The notes under the pieces: model-generated | Database searches by the model: none | What the model was told of the DNA's origin: nothing | Seen by the model: the letters and a program-made list of their open reading frames with translations, nothing else | NCBI GenBank assembly: GCA_025603075.1 | Contig: MU626317.1 | Span: 1-64,000 of the forward strand | Reading direction: 5' to 3' | DNA from: Neoconidiobolus thromboides FSU 785 | Taxonomy: Eukaryota > Fungi > Entomophthoromycota | DNA length: 64,000 nucleotides | Translations under genes and position numbers: made by a program | Part shown: positions 12,258-26,243 of the stretch, piece by piece | How the letters are laid out: each line of letters starts with the position of its first letter | How positions within the stretch are numbered: position 1 is the first letter of the stretch

Positions 12258-13595
12258 ATGTCCTATCTATTACGTAGCTTAAACAAAAGTTTGTATACTA
12301 CTAGTAAGCTTTTATTGTACTACTTTAACTTGATAAACATAAACTAACATCTCTTTTTACCTACTTCAGTCCCTCAAAGATATTTTTCTAGAGCTTTAGC
12401 TACTACTTTAAACACCAATGGTCCTTCTTCAAAAGGGTAAGTCAACCTCATTTATAACTTAACTCAAATATTGACATCTCCTTTTAGTCCTACTGGAGTG
12501 TTATTATTAAACTTAGGTGGCCCCTCCAATTTAGAAGAAGTGAATCCATTCCTTACCCGATTATTTTCAGATCCCGAATTGATTCCAATTCCCTTTCAAA
12601 AATATGCAGCACCATTAATAGCTAAAAGACGTACTCCACAGATCAAAGAACAATATGCTAAAATTGGCGGAGGTTCTCCCATTTTAAGTTGGACTGAAAA
12701 GCAAGGTAATGAAATGGTCAAGTTATTAGATCAATTATCACCAGAAACAGCTCCACATAAACCATATATTGCTTTCCGTTATGCACCCCCTTTGACAGAA
12801 GATACGTTGAAGCAGATTCAAAACGATGGTGTTAAAAGAGTCATCGCTTTCACACAGTACCCTCAATATTCTTGTTCTACCACAGGTTCTTCAATTACTG
12901 AATTATATCGAAGAATTCAAGAATTTAATTTACAGGATAAAATTGAATGGAGTGTTATTGATCGTTGGCCCACTCATTCTGGTTTAATTGAAGCATTTGC
13001 AGATAGAATTCAAAAAAAATTATTAGAATATTCGGAAGAAGATAGAAAGGAAGCCGTAATTTTGTTTTCAGCTCATTCTTTACCAATGAAAGTAGTTAAT
13101 CGTGGTGATACTTATCCTGCAGAAGTTGGAGCTACGGTGAATAGAGTTATGAAAAAATTAAATTTTTCTCATCCTTATCGTCTAGTTTGGCAAAGTCAAG
13201 TAGGTCCTTCTACTTGGCTAGGTCCTCAAACGAATGATGTTATTCAAGAAATGGGCAAAAAGGGGCATAAAAATTTGTTATTAGTACCTATTGCATTTAC
13301 TTCAGATCATATTGAAACATTATTTGAATTAGATTTAGAATATGGTGAAGAGGCAATTCATAATGGGGTTACTGGTTTTAAAAGAGCTGAATCTTTAAAT
13401 GATAGTCCCATTTTCATTAAAGCATTAGCTAATATTGTTAATGACCATATCAAAAATGGATTTCCATTTAGTAATCAATTGGCTTTACGTTGTCCTGGTT
13501 GTACTAATGAACAATGTCATTTATCAAAACAATTTTTTAAAAAAATTGCTCATCCTATTACTCCATCGAATCCTACTAAAGTTATTGAATTATAA
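12258..13595 (+). CDS. HEM15: Ferrochelatase (mitochondrial); two short 5' exons encode the presequence
   Basis: GVLLLNLGGP, IGGGSP, FRYAPPLTE, FTQYPQYSCSTTGSS, FSAHSLP, WQSQVGP, PIAFTSDHIETLFELD, and the C-terminal [2Fe-2S] cysteines RCPGCTNEQC. Confidence 0.96.
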
Positions 13596-13668
13596 TATAT
13601 ATAAATATTCATCAAATTATTATTAAAGATTATTTAAATAAACAAATAAGCATAATAAAATATAATAT

Positions 13669-13774
13669 ATATGGAGGTGTTTTTTTTGGTTTCCTCACTT
13701 TTCCGTTTTTAAAGCACTATTTAAGTGAAAAAGTTGCTAGTAAAATTCTTAAACAAAAAAATACATCCCCATAT
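13669..13774 (-). mobile_element. MITE family A copy 8, between convergent HEM15 and STU1
   Basis: atatggaggtgttttttttgg...aaaaaatacatccccatat. Confidence 0.9.
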
Positions 13775-13921
13775 ATTAAATTAAATAAACATGTTTTAAT
13801 TTAGTTTAATTAATAGGTAAATATATAACAATAACAATAAATAATAATAATAAAATCAAACGTTCACTTTTTTATAGTAATTAATATGTAAAAAATAAAA
13901 TTAAAAAATTGAAGAACTAAA

Positions 13922-16900
13922 TTAATAAGCCTCTTCATATAACTGTATTAAATTGAGTTGGGCAGGAGATAGTTTTGGAAAAAAAGATAAGATATCCATT
14001 TCAGGATCTAATTGCTCTTTAACTGCTAAAACTAAAGAAAGAGCATGATGTCTTACTTCAGTACTTAAATGCATGAATCCTGAGATAACTAAAGAATTTA
14101 AATCGGGTTGAATTAATTCCAAATCATTAGTAGTAGCCCTTATAACTGCTTTTGTTAATACCATAAAACCAGAAGTAATAGGTATAGCTAAATTATCAAA
14201 CTCAGGTAATCTACCTTTAGTAATTAATAAACCCGCCTGTAGCCATTTAATTGAAATTAAAAGACAACGATTTAAATCTAAATGTTTAGAGAAGGCCATT
14301 AAGGCATCTTCTGAAGCACTGTCGATTTCACGAGGTGAATTTTTACGACAATCAATTAAAATAGAAAATATTTCAGAAGCATAAGCGTTGGCTAGAGGAG
14401 CTTGATACGTTATTAAATTCTCTAATAATCTTACATAAGGCAATTTAAATTCCCAGGGCATGGAAGGGAATTGTAATGATCTTACTGTTATTTTAACTAA
14501 TTTATCAAAGTTATTTTCCGTTTTCCATAATTCGATCCATTGAGGATCTGAAGAGGATGGTGTCTCTTTTGAAAAATGATCTAATCTTAAAAAATCAGAT
14601 GAAGAAGATTTACTATCTGGTCGTAATTTATCAATTAATTTAACTAACAATTCCACTCTTTCATTAAAGCTTTTTTCTATAATAAACAAATAAATAAATA
14701 GATAAACAATGGTATTATTATAACTTACCTTTCTTCTCCCCATCATTTTCCTTTGAATATTCCGTTGATACTTCTGAATTATTATCCTGGTTTTTATCTC
14801 CATCGTTTAATTTCCTCTCAATTTCTTGATTTAACCCTAATTCAAATTTAACGTGCTTATCCTTAATTTCTTTAACTTCATTATTAATACTGCTATTACT
14901 ATTTTCCTAATAAAAAACAACAACATATATAAGTAAACATATTTTTATAATAATATATATAATTTACTTCTTCTATCATATTCAATTGTTTTTTATCTCC
15001 TTCCAATCTTGATTTATTTTTATTCCTATTTAATGGAAATTCTAAATTAGCGATACCACTAATATTTTCATACTCTGATGGCATTTCCATGGATGTACGA
15101 CATCTTATTGGTGGGATAGATCTCATATTAATACTACTATTATTTCCACTTCGATTATTTCCGTTACTATTATCATTGCTGTTATTGTTACTATTATTTA
15201 CACTCCCATTTTTAAATTTATCCAAATCCAATTTAGTATGATTATTTAACAAAAAGGTAGTTGGTCGCCCATTTCTTTTATTTTCATTTACTGTTAATTT
15301 TAATTTGTCTATATTATTATTCATTAAATTTTGACTTAATGTAGCACCCAAAGCAACAGATTTAGGCCTTGCTTTTATGGATGTATCGTTATTAGTATTA
15401 GTTATCCTACCTACTAAATTACTAGTGTTGTTCTTTAGTTTATTTGTTTCTGCCTTTACTGTATTCGAAGCGATTCCATTTGATTTCGTTAATCCCATTA
15501 TTGAACCATTTCTAGATATTGATGAGTTATTACTTTTGATACTTGAACTTGAAGGTGGCCGGCTAACTGTTTTTATGTTTCTAATGTTTTCATTAATACC
15601 ATACATAGTTCTTCTGTTATTAGATAAAATGGGGGATTTGGTATTATTAATTTCCTTTTTAATTGTATTGTTTTCATTTTTCACTGTTAAATTTGCATTT
15701 GTTTTTGAAGACATTAATGTAGTCAAGGGCCTTGGTTTACGTAATATAGTATCTTTATTAGCTGTTGTCATTGTATTAGTTAAATTATTTCTAGGGGTAA
15801 GTGAGATATTACTACTCGATGTAAATGTATTTAAATTGGGCTTTCTAATTAAATTGAATTTGGTTTCATTTAATTGACTATTGTTAGTATTTCCTCTTGT
15901 GGTATTAAATCGACTCATAGAAGTAGAAGGCCTTGAATTAATTTTTGAATTAATTGATTGAGATACTGATTCAGGTTTAAATATCATTGATTTTCTATTA
16001 GATATAGACTTTAAATTCCTATTGATATTATTGGATGAACTAGTATTAGTGCTAATACTAGATGTCCTTGATAAATCTAAACTATTACTATTTGAATCTT
16101 CTTTTAATAATTGTTTCCTAATACTAATATCATAGGAATTTAACATATCTTTAGCTTCCAAGGTCCAAATACTACTAAATGTTTTGAATATTTGTCTAGA
16201 TAAATCACGTACTTTAGTATTTGCATCACTTAATCCTTTTTTAATTGCTTTAATTACTAATTCTTTCCCTATTAACAAACCCTTCTTTTCAAATAGCTTT
16301 GTTTTGGTATGTCCATGTCTCTTTAGAAATATTAATAGGTAGTTAGCTGAATATCCTCTTAATTGTACACTTTTATCATCCATTGCAGTACAAATTAGAC
16401 TCAATATTTTTAAAGAATAGTTAGTATTGGCTAAAAATCGATTACTTGTTGAATAAGCTGCTTCTGCAATTAATTTCTTGCTTGAAGAGGAACTTTTTAG
16501 TAAAGTTTGAAATAAAGTATAGGCAAATGGATCTAGACTATTTTCAGGTAAAAAATGACACAAATCAAAGATTAAATTAAAACAAGAGATTTGCAATGTA
16601 GTTCTAACACTTAACATAGTTATCGGTAATATTTCCATAAATTCTTTTAAAAATAACATAATACTATTAAATTCTAATTCAATTGAATTACCCCTTATTA
16701 ATTTTCTTAATTTTAATAGATTTTTATCTCTTAATTCCCAATTGACTTCTGTTTCTTTACCTTCAAATGATTTTAATATGGAATCTAATTGATTATTTAA
16801 ATCTTGTTGATCATAAATATTAATACTCTGCAAATTTTCAATTGAATCCAAAATAATTAAATTGATTGATTGAGAAGAGGAAGAACCTAAATTATTAGTA

Positions 16901-17000
16901 GATACTTTACTAGTTGTAGATAATGTTGGTGATGTAAATGTTTCAGTTGTATTACGTGATAATTCATGTCCATCAAATAATCCTTTTAATCCTTCAGGTA

Positions 17001-17066
<66 letters not shown>

Positions 17067-18067
17067 TTTCATTATTTTCATTTATACTATTTTGTTTACT
17101 TGAATCAATTAATTTATTATTAATCTGATCCAAAAATCCTTTTTTTAAGGTACTTTTATTGACATTTCGATTTAATGAATTACGTGATTCTTTAGAATGA
17201 ATTCTATTTAAATATTAATTCTATTATTAATTAATTTATTATTATTATAAATTAAATCTTACGTAAATTGTTCTAATAATATTAATTTTGCTTTCTCTCT
17301 GACTGGTTCATTTGAATCCTCTACTAAATTAATAACTACCGAAGTTAATTTATATAATGGAAATTCGTTAGACTGTAAAGAACATTTTTGACCCCAAATT
17401 AATACCTGATTTAAATACTCATCATTAATTTCTATCAAATATAAAATAATTTAAAGAATATATGAATTTACCTGTTCTCTAACCCTCCAATTTTTATGAT
17501 AAAATCCACTATTAATAATAATCTTCAAAAACTCTTCTTTTGCTTTAATTAATCCAGTACCATAATTAACATTAACTTTATCCACATTATCATTTAATTC
17601 AAACCACATATTAGTTAAACATTTTACTCCACTTTCTCTTATTCTCTCTTTACTATCTGCTAATCGATCTAATATATTTAATAAAAATATTGATAAATAA
17701 GATTTCAACGGTTTTTGATGTTGAATTAAAAAATTTAGTAAGATCGAAACTAGTTCTATTGACTTAATACTGAGATTAATAATAGAGGCTTTAATACATA
17801 TTGGTAATTGTTTAATAACGGTGTCAATAGCTATTGTCTATTAAAGAAAGTTAATTAAAATGCTGTTTGTGAAATACTAATTAAAATTACTTGATATTCT
17901 ATCTCTTCTTTTAGTAGTTCAGTTAACTTATCGATAGCTTGTAATTTATTATCAGGATCTAAAATAAAAAATAAAACATATACATTAAGATTCTAATATT
18001 ACAATAAAGTATATTATTAGTTACCATTTTTCACCAATTCTTTAATAATATTATCTAGTTTTGACAT
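13922..18067 (-). CDS. STU1: CLASP/Stu1 family microtubule-associated TOG/HEAT protein; multi-exon
   Basis: TOG1-like LDRLADSKERIRE...HKNWRVREQ; CLASP_N ETEVNWELRDKNL..LR, SVRTTLQ, DKSVQLR, KGLSDANTKVRDLSR; Ser/Asn-rich middle; C-terminal HEAT-like exon. Confidence 0.85.
17002..17064 (-). repeat. (AAT)21 coding microsatellite (poly-Asn) in CLASP
   Basis: 63-nt perfect ATT run on the + strand, in frame as 21 Asn. Confidence 0.95.
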
Positions 18068-18462
18068 GCAAATATATATAGAGTTTAAATGAAGCAAGTT
18101 ATTAAGCCTTTGTTTTTACAATTCAATTTTGTATTCCAAATTCAAGTTTCCACTTTTAATTAAACCAGTTGATATTTTATTGGTCAATTGATTGTTAATG
18201 ACTTGAAATTTATAAGCCATTTTTTAAAAGTGAATTAAGAACTTGAAAATTTATGGTGCTTATATAATAATAACAAATTAATTGAAAAATCCAAATTGAA
18301 TTTTAGCAATAGAAACTATTCTAATACGTCTAAATCTCTGATTTTTTGACTTATTTTAATATTTAAAATCCGTATAAAATATATATGAAAATCACTAATA
18401 TTTAATATATTATTGAATATTATTTATTATATAAAAACTCAATGAAATCAACTTGTAATTAA

Positions 18463-20604
18463 TTAACAAAATAATAAAATGGTAGAAAACAAATACAGCG
18501 GCAGTATTAAATTATCATTTTGATAACTCCAAGCTTCTAATAAACCTAATAATAATATTAATTAATTAGACTATCTAAAAGACATTTATAATAATTCTTA
18601 CCATTTAAAACAGATATTAAAATAATAGCAAATAACTAAAAAAATATTAATAAATATTAACAAATATCAATAGGAATGAAAGATAAGGTATCTCGACTTA
18701 CCCTTTCTATTTGCCAACAAATCTGTGGCTCAATTAACAAAAAAGAAGCTAACAATGCTAGTATAAATCCCACTGTCCCTTTAATTGTTTTATTTGATCC
18801 CACCCATTTAGTTTTTCCAAATTTTTTACCAATAATTGAAGCCTAAAAAGTAAAATAAAAATATTCATTAATACTCTTTCTTCATTTTTCCTTATTAAAA
18901 TAAAAATTTACCGCTGCGTCAGCTAAACCTAGTACTAATATTCCTGATAAACTACAAGCAATGCTATCTTCTTTTAACCAAATTGGTAATGCACAACCCA
19001 ATAATAAATAAACATGAGCAAAAATTAAATTGCCCGTATCCTTATCATCCGTAAAATGAATTAAGTAATTATTTAATACTTTATCAAAGGGTAAGATTTT
19101 AAAATATCTTATATATTCTAATAATAGAAACAAACTTAAGGCAATGGAGAATGCTACATATAATAATTTTTTCTATTTAGAAATAAAAATTAATACGTGT
19201 AGTTATACAATATATGTGATTGACTTACATCAATAAAATAACCCGGTATAAATAATAAAGTTGCTAATCCATGAAAATATTTTCGTCGATTATTTAATGA
19301 GTTAGATTCTAATACAATTTGACTATAAATAACTCCAATTAAAATAGCAATTATCCAATAAATTATTAATAATTGGGCTGATGGATTTTTTAATATATAA
19401 TTAAAGATCCTAACAAATAATAAATAAATAATAAATAAATAATATAAATATTACCATAAAAAAGGATTTAATTTTAATCCCATATTTAAAAATGGAAATA
19501 TAATAAAACCAATACCTCCACTTAATATCATATAAAATAATAAACTATTGATTATTTTATTCTTATTTTTCATTAACATACAATTCATTGTAAATATTAC
19601 TCCAATAATTAACATACCAATAACAACTCCATTTAATATAATAATCTCTTCACTTAAATTTAATAATATTATATTATTACTTTTAATCAACTATTGAAAA
19701 TAAAATACAATTTAATTTCTAATTAATTTTGTATAATAAATAACTTAAAACTTACTATCATGTACCCTTGGATAGTTAAAAAAGATAAAGCTTGAGCTAA
19801 TATACTTAACTCAGCTAATGTAAATGAAGTTGGTATTAAATTTAATATTAAATATTGAACCATATGAAACAAGGTAATGGAACTTAATATTAGATAACTT
19901 TCTATAAAAAAATTTAAAATTATTTAAAAACCTTTTAAATTTGAATATAATTTTATACTTACTTTTAATAAATATTTGTTGTAGCATATCATTAAACCAA
20001 AGCTTACTAATTATTAATAAGATTATACTTAATGAATATGGAAGTTTCATTTGTTTTAAAATAACATGAGTCAATATAGTAAATCCGTTAATAATTGTCA
20101 ATAATAATAAATCCGTCCATATTGCTGATGCTAGAATTAATTAAAAGTTTTACATTTAAAAAACGGATAAAGTTTTTAATTTCAATACTTACTTGAGTTG
20201 ACTATTAATTTGGAACTAGCTATTAAAGTTGGTAATAAAGTAGCTAATAATAAACCGCTATCTACCTGAAATCTGAGTAATTGAAAAATAATGAGTACTT
20301 CTGAATTTAATTGAAACAGAGTTTGATACTTTACCTATATTGTTTTTTTTCACTAAAAAGTAATTGAACAAATGGTTGATTTCTTACGGTTAATAAAAAT
20401 GTCAATCCAGAAAGTATTATTAAGCTAAGATAAGCTAATAAAATTATCGTTATTATTACTATTCATTTGTTATGATACTGATTTCCAAGACTTACCATCA
20501 TTAATAAAATTGTTTATTGAACTATTTAATTTCCATAATTTTAAATAAGAATAACCACAAGTTAATAAGATTAATCCAGCTTCTAAAGGAATTGTTGAAT
20601 TCAT
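18463..20604 (-). CDS. SEC59: Dolichol kinase (CTP-dependent); many exons
   Basis: RRKYFHGLA, FTDDKDTGNLIFAHVYLLLGCALPIW, LGLADAAASIIGKKFG..KW...KTIKGT, and C-terminal DNLILPLY. Confidence 0.88.
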
Positions 20605-21028
20605 TATCAATTATCAATTATTATTATTATCTCTCAGATAATAATGTTTTTTGATTATTAAAATTAAAAAATTATTCTTATTTATATTATTATTTTATAA
20701 ACTAAACTTGCTCGGTTTCAATTTCCTTTGAAAATTTAAAATTAGAATTTGCTATCTAAATTTAATTATCAATTTTAAGCCTTGAATTGAAAGATAAGCC
20801 CAGTAACTCTCCACATTAACCGAAAATCAACTCATTTTAAAATTTCTAAAAATATATATTAAATCAAAGTTAAATAACTGTATTTAAAACTAATAAGTAG
20901 ATATAATAAAACATATCATAATTATTCTTATATCAACCTTTAAATAACTACTCAAAAAAACGAAACTAGTATTTTTCTATTTCTCTTTTTTTATTAAAAA
21001 AATCAAACTTCTTCTTTTCTTCTACTTC

Positions 21029-22381
21029 TTATGCCAAAATTTCATACCTTTTACCACGAATCCCCATAATAGAATGATTAGCATTTAAAGTCATTCGAAT
21101 ATCTTGTAAATTAAGGTCTGCTTTTAAGGATCTAAAAGGATTTAATTTAGGTTCTAACAACCAATCAATTTCATCCTTATATTCTTCTTTTAATACATTA
21201 ACATCATTATTAATATCATTAGAATCATAGCCTGTAATAAATATTGGACATTTAGTTTCCAATAATAATTCTAAACTTGGCTTCCAACCTTCTTTAGTTA
21301 AAGGATACCCAATACCTGGATGAAATAAAAAGAATACATCTCTATACGGATCAAAAGGAATGGCTTCTTTATAATACTCATGAAATTTGCCTGTGAAATA
21401 ATTAAATGATAAATGCGGATTAATGGGCACTTTATTAGGTACACCTGGAGGTGGTGCTGTTTCAGGTCCAATGAAATGTAAACTAAAGCTTAAATTGGGA
21501 AATAAATAGCATAATTGTAAATAAGCATAAGGTGGTAATTGACCTTCTGCTCTAGCTCCCAATATAAAAATACGCATTTGTTCCTTTTCTGCTTTCATAT
21601 TATTGATATGTTGTTCCATAGTATAATGAATAGCTGCCATAGACCTTTGTCCTTCATAGCTTAGACCTTGTTTTCCTGGACGATGAGGACCAAATGGATG
21701 AATACAAGAGGCAATAGTTAATGGATAAGTTAATATTTTACTTACATGTCTAGCTTGTCTTGCCTCATCTACCGCTTTAAAATTTCTAGTAACAAAAAAA
21801 GTATCCCAAGAAGTTAAATTAATGGTTGCTTCTGGTCCTAATACTGTTGGAAATTTAAATTCTGGAAAATTTCTACCCGATCTTAAATCATGTTCATCTT
21901 CATTGATCTCTTTTAATATTGAACAGTACTTTGAGTGTGATGATTTTCCAGAATTATAATGCTCTTCACTGCAGTGGGTTGGCATACCACAATCAGGACA
22001 AGTGTGATTTGGTCTTTTACTTTTTGAAATGCTTTCTTCTGTTACTAAAGTAGGTGTTGGACCCTCTTCATGTACGCAAGTTGGACATAATCCATGATCT
22101 TTAATTAAATTACCACGTACTTTAATTTCTGGAATGGGGGAATTTAAAAATGGATGAAATAAATTGTCTTTAGTTAAAATGGGTACTTTTACTTCTTCCT
22201 CTTTTGGTTTGCTTTTTTTACTGAATAAATTCCAAAATAAATTCGGTTTGTTGGTGGAAAATGACTTTTGTTTTTGAGTTTTTAATAGTTTAATGGAATG
22301 TGATTGAAATACTCGTAAACCCATACTTCCTCGATAGACTTGAGTACACGTTTTAAAATGAGTTGGTAACATTATTTTCAA
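21029..22381 (-). CDS. MSS51: Mss51, mitochondrial COX1 translational regulator (MYND-type finger plus Mss51 C domain)
   Basis: CPDCGMPTHCSEEH, NEDEHDLRSGR.FPEF, RIFILGARAEGQLP, LHFIGPE, FDPYRDVFFLFHPG, NPFRSLK. True start may be the Met at 22372. Confidence 0.9.
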   Translation of the reverse strand: MKIMLPTHFKTCTQVYRGSMGLRVFQSHSIKLLKTQKQKSFSTNKPNLFWNLFSKKSKPKEEEVKVPILTKDNLFHPFLNSPIPEIKVRGNLIKDHGLCPTCVHEEGPTPTLVTEESISKSKRPNHTCPDCGMPTHCSEEHYNSGKSSHSKYCSILKEINEDEHDLRSGRNFPEFKFPTVLGPEATINLTSWDTFFVTRNFKAVDEARQARHVSKILTYPLTIASCIHPFGPHRPGKQGLSYEGQRSMAAIHYTMEQHINNMKAEKEQMRIFILGARAEGQLPPYAYLQLCYLFPNLSFSLHFIGPETAPPPGVPNKVPINPHLSFNYFTGKFHEYYKEAIPFDPYRDVFFLFHPGIGYPLTKEGWKPSLELLLETKCPIFITGYDSNDINNDVNVLKEEYKDEIDWLLEPKLNPFRSLKADLNLQDIRMTLNANHSIMGIRGKRYEILA

Positions 22382-22677
22382 ACTAAAAAACTCATATTAT
22401 TATTTTAATGAAAGATAGCACTAATTCTAAATACCTTAATTTTGTAAAAATAAAATACCAAATTAACTATTATTATTTCTATTATTTCGTTAATTATAAT
22501 AAAAAAAGATTATTAATAATAGTTAAAATTATAAAAAAAATAATTTTTTAGAAACTTTGATTTTTGCATTTTATTTATTTTTCTCGATTTTAAAAAACAC
22601 TTACGATTCAATCAACCAATAATATACAAGGAAATAATATCAAAATCTAAAACCAATCCATTATAAATAATATAAAT

Positions 22678-24283
22678 TTATCTTTTATTACTAAATAATT
22701 GAATCATTTCTTCATATACCATATTAATATTTTGATTATTTTTTTCATGAGTTAATGAATTATTATTATTATATATAACAGTATAACAATTAAATGTTAA
22801 TACTTTTTGATTTTCGTCAAATACTTCACTATTATCTTTCAACGTTATAGCTATTAAAAAGGAATCCTAATAAGAATATTATAAACAAGAATAGTTGAAA
22901 TAATTAAATAAATAAACTTACTTTTTCTTGTAATAGGAACCAAGTTTTAAAACTGATAATACCATTTGTTGGTGAGATTTTAAAGAAGTTTCTTAATATT
23001 CTTGGGTTAAATTGATATTCATTATTATTAATTTCATAGTTCATAGTCTCTTTTTCATTAATAAAATCATCAATATTAATTTGATTTTCACTAATAAAGA
23101 CTTGTTTTTTTAACTAAAATATATTAATTAATTAATTATTACTATTATTAAAAATAAAAACTTACTTGATCAATTAAATAAACTGAAAATCCGTGTTGCT
23201 TAATTAAATAAGTACCATCATGTGGACTAATAAACTTGGCTGTTAAGATTACTTTAAGCTAATGAATAAAATATTAGATAATATAAATAAGTAATATAAA
23301 TAAATAATATAAATAAATAATATAAATAATATAAATAATATAAATAAATAATATAAACAAATAATATAAATAATATAAATAAGTAATATAAATAATATAG
23401 ATAAATAATAAACTTACCCTTAAAAAATAAGGAGATAAAATAGACCATGACTCAGAATAGATCCTATTGGGATGTAATACTAAAGGTGAAAATATAATAT
23501 CTTTATTTATTATTGTTAAATAATTCTCATTCATAGTTTCCAAATCATAGCAAGTACTTAGTCTATTTTTATTAATATTCTATCTTAAAAAATTATTATC
23601 AATTTACTTCTCTTTTACATTATTATTAATTTTTTGAATCTAGGTTAATATTAAATAACAATAATAGCAATAAACTAAAATAAATTACACTAATAGTCGT
23701 ATTTTCATTATTTACTTTTTCATAAGTTTCAAAAGATAAACTAAATAGAACATTAGGTATTGGAAGAGCACCAGTATTATTAAATTTTATAGTTAAAATT
23801 GGTATATCTTTATTATTATCTGTTTCTATCTTTGATTCTAAAAGGATTAAAAATAATGTAATTAAATGAAAATAAGATTTACCTATAGATAAACTTGATA
23901 ATAGAAAAGTTTCTAAAATTTTGGACATGGTAAAAGTAATTTCACTTGTTTTCTGTAAATTACTTGTCAAGGCCTAAGTGATTGTTTTTATTATTATATA
24001 TCTTAATTGCAAAATAACACTTACTTGATATCCTTTTGCAAAATTATTTTGAGTAGTTATTAATACATTTTTTAAATTATTAAATTCCGTTGTATCGATA
24101 TCTCTTTTTATAAATTTAATTTCTATTTTTGATTCAAATGAAATCGATTTTACCCATCCACTATCTTTTTAATTTCTTCATCAAGTTCATCTATAATTAA
24201 TATTTTATTTTATTTTATTATTCTATATTTTATATTCTATATCAATTACTTTTTATATTGCTTAATTCTTCTTTTTGATTCAT
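22678..24283 (-). CDS. Hypothetical protein, multi-exon, family not recognised
   Basis: Exon-like segments bounded by GT/AG join from MNQKEELSNIK to ...MIQLFSNKR*, including ILTIKFNNTGALPIPNVLFSLSF, LHPNRIYSESW and KFISPHDGTYLIK. Confidence 0.55.
23275..23410. repeat. Intronic A/T minisatellite of AATATAAAT / AATATAAATAAAT units
   Basis: Directly visible degenerate tandem array inside an intron of the orphan gene. Confidence 0.8.
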
Positions 24284-24439
24284 TTTGTTAAAAAATAATA
24301 ACTAAATTCCAACTTCTTTTACTAAAATAGCAGTAATAAACTTCAACCAATTAGAAATATACTGTAATTCGAATTGAATGCTATGTTCTATAGCACAACA
24401 CATCACTAATTTTTTGTATTAGCTTTTATTTTATTTAAA

Positions 24440-25056
24440 ATGGAAGATAATAACAACAATACTAGTATAACTACAATTGAGGATAATATAAATGATAATA
24501 AAATAAATAATGAAGATAATAATAGTATAAGTAATACTGAGAATAACAATGATAATAATACTCCCAACGAAACTAATGATATATCTGGTAAACTAGAATC
24601 ATATTCACATTTCATAATACTAACTACTTTTCCAAAAAGAATCAAAAAACAGAACAAAAAAGAACAAAGGACGAGTAGATCCTTCACGTCGAGCTCATTT
24701 AACACCCAATGTAGCGGGTAATTATCGGGGTAAAAAAGCAGCGGATGAGTTATTAACAGATTCTCAAAAAAAATTACATCATATAGCTTCTGAACAAAAA
24801 AGAAGAAGGAATATTAAATTAGGTTATGATAGGTTAACAGATTTGGTACCTAATTTAGAAATTAAAAAAAAAGTAGCTCAACCTTCAGAAACTTGTGTGT
24901 TACAAGAGTGTAAGTGATTCTTCATTTTGATTAGAAGATTATATATTAATGATCGTCTATTTAGCTGTCGATTATCTAAGGTATTTAATTGAGAAAAAAG
25001 AAGAGTTATTGGGTGAAATTGAAACACTTGATCAAAGATCAAATGAAAGTAATTGA
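24440..25056 (+). CDS. bHLH-Zip transcription factor (Ino4/MLX-like)
   Basis: LLTDSQKKLHHIASEQKRRRNIKLGYDRLTDLVP...ETCVLQE|SVDYLRYL followed by a short zipper; two introns. Confidence 0.82.
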
Positions 25057-25416
25057 GGAAGCATTTTAAACGAGGATGAGAATGTTTAATAAACTAAGTT
25101 ATTAATTGAAATTTGTTCATAATTTATGTATAACTTTAAATGTTTTGTTCGATTTTTTTAAGTTAACAAATATAAGTATATTTGCTTAAAAATGATGAAA
25201 ATTGATAGCACTATACCTTTTTTAATAGTTAAGTTATTGTAGTTAAATTAAAAAACTTAATTGAAATATACAATTTTTTTCATATTTGAATTCTTATGAT
25301 CTTACATAACTTTACGCAATTAATGCCAAAACTAAAAATAAAATCACTCATTTATGCCGTTTATCTTTAATTTAAATAAATCAAGATTATAATAAAAAGC
25401 GTAACAATTAGCTAAC

Positions 25417-25951
25417 TTAACCCAAATTAAGACGGAAAATATCGTTATGGACATAATAACCAGCAGCATCTTTAGCCAAAAAGAAAGTTTGTGAAAATCC
25501 AAGGGGATTACTTTCTTCATCAACCTTATGAAAATATAAATACTCGCTTCAAAAAAAATAAAATTTATAATAAACTTACAGCAAGTAAACCAGTAACCGA
25601 AATAATAATGCTTTCTCCAGCGACACTTGGTTGTGGGTCAAAAGTAGAGATTTTATGTTGGACTTTTTGGAATGGTAAGCTCTATTTTAAAACCATAAAC
25701 TCTATAGTCAAAAAAAAACACATTAAATAACTTACGGTTAGTTTCTCAGTGATACCAGCGATACTAGAAAATTGTTGACCTTCAAAAGTTAACATAGAGC
25801 TTTCCCTCTATGAAAAATTATATATAAATTATAATCAACTCGATATAAAAATAAAACTTACGTAAAGGGAAGCCAGTTTACTTCTATCAGTGTCAAAAGT
25901 ATTATAATAAAATTCAACAAATTGTTGAGCTACAGTAGCAAAATCACCCAT
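25417..25951 (-). CDS. NTF2: Nuclear transport factor 2; 4 exons
   Basis: [26 protein letters not shown]|[10 protein letters not shown]...|SLPFQKVQH...DPQP...|[13 protein letters not shown]...[10 protein letters not shown]. Confidence 0.93.
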
Positions 25952-26243
25952 TTTTATTTAATTTTAAAAAAAACAATTCCTTGATTACTAAAGTTTTTCA
26001 AATTTGTTAATTCATACGAATTTTTTAATGGGATCCTTTTTATTATTAAAATTAAAGCTATGATCTTAATTTTAATTGGACAATTAAAATGGATTTTAGT
26101 TTTAATTGATGTTCTATTTTACTTAGCTACACACGCTTATTAAACTAAAAAATAATTAAAACTCGCCAATAAAATTCAACTATTTTTAAGCTACAAAAAA
26201 TTTAAAAAAATTTAAAAATGTTTATAAACTAATAAACATAATA

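Noticed and set aside
15377-17123. Plus-strand ORFs 15377-15877 and 16938-17123 (poly-Tyr)
   Set aside because: Antisense shadows of the Asn/Ser-rich CLASP exon and its AAT repeat.
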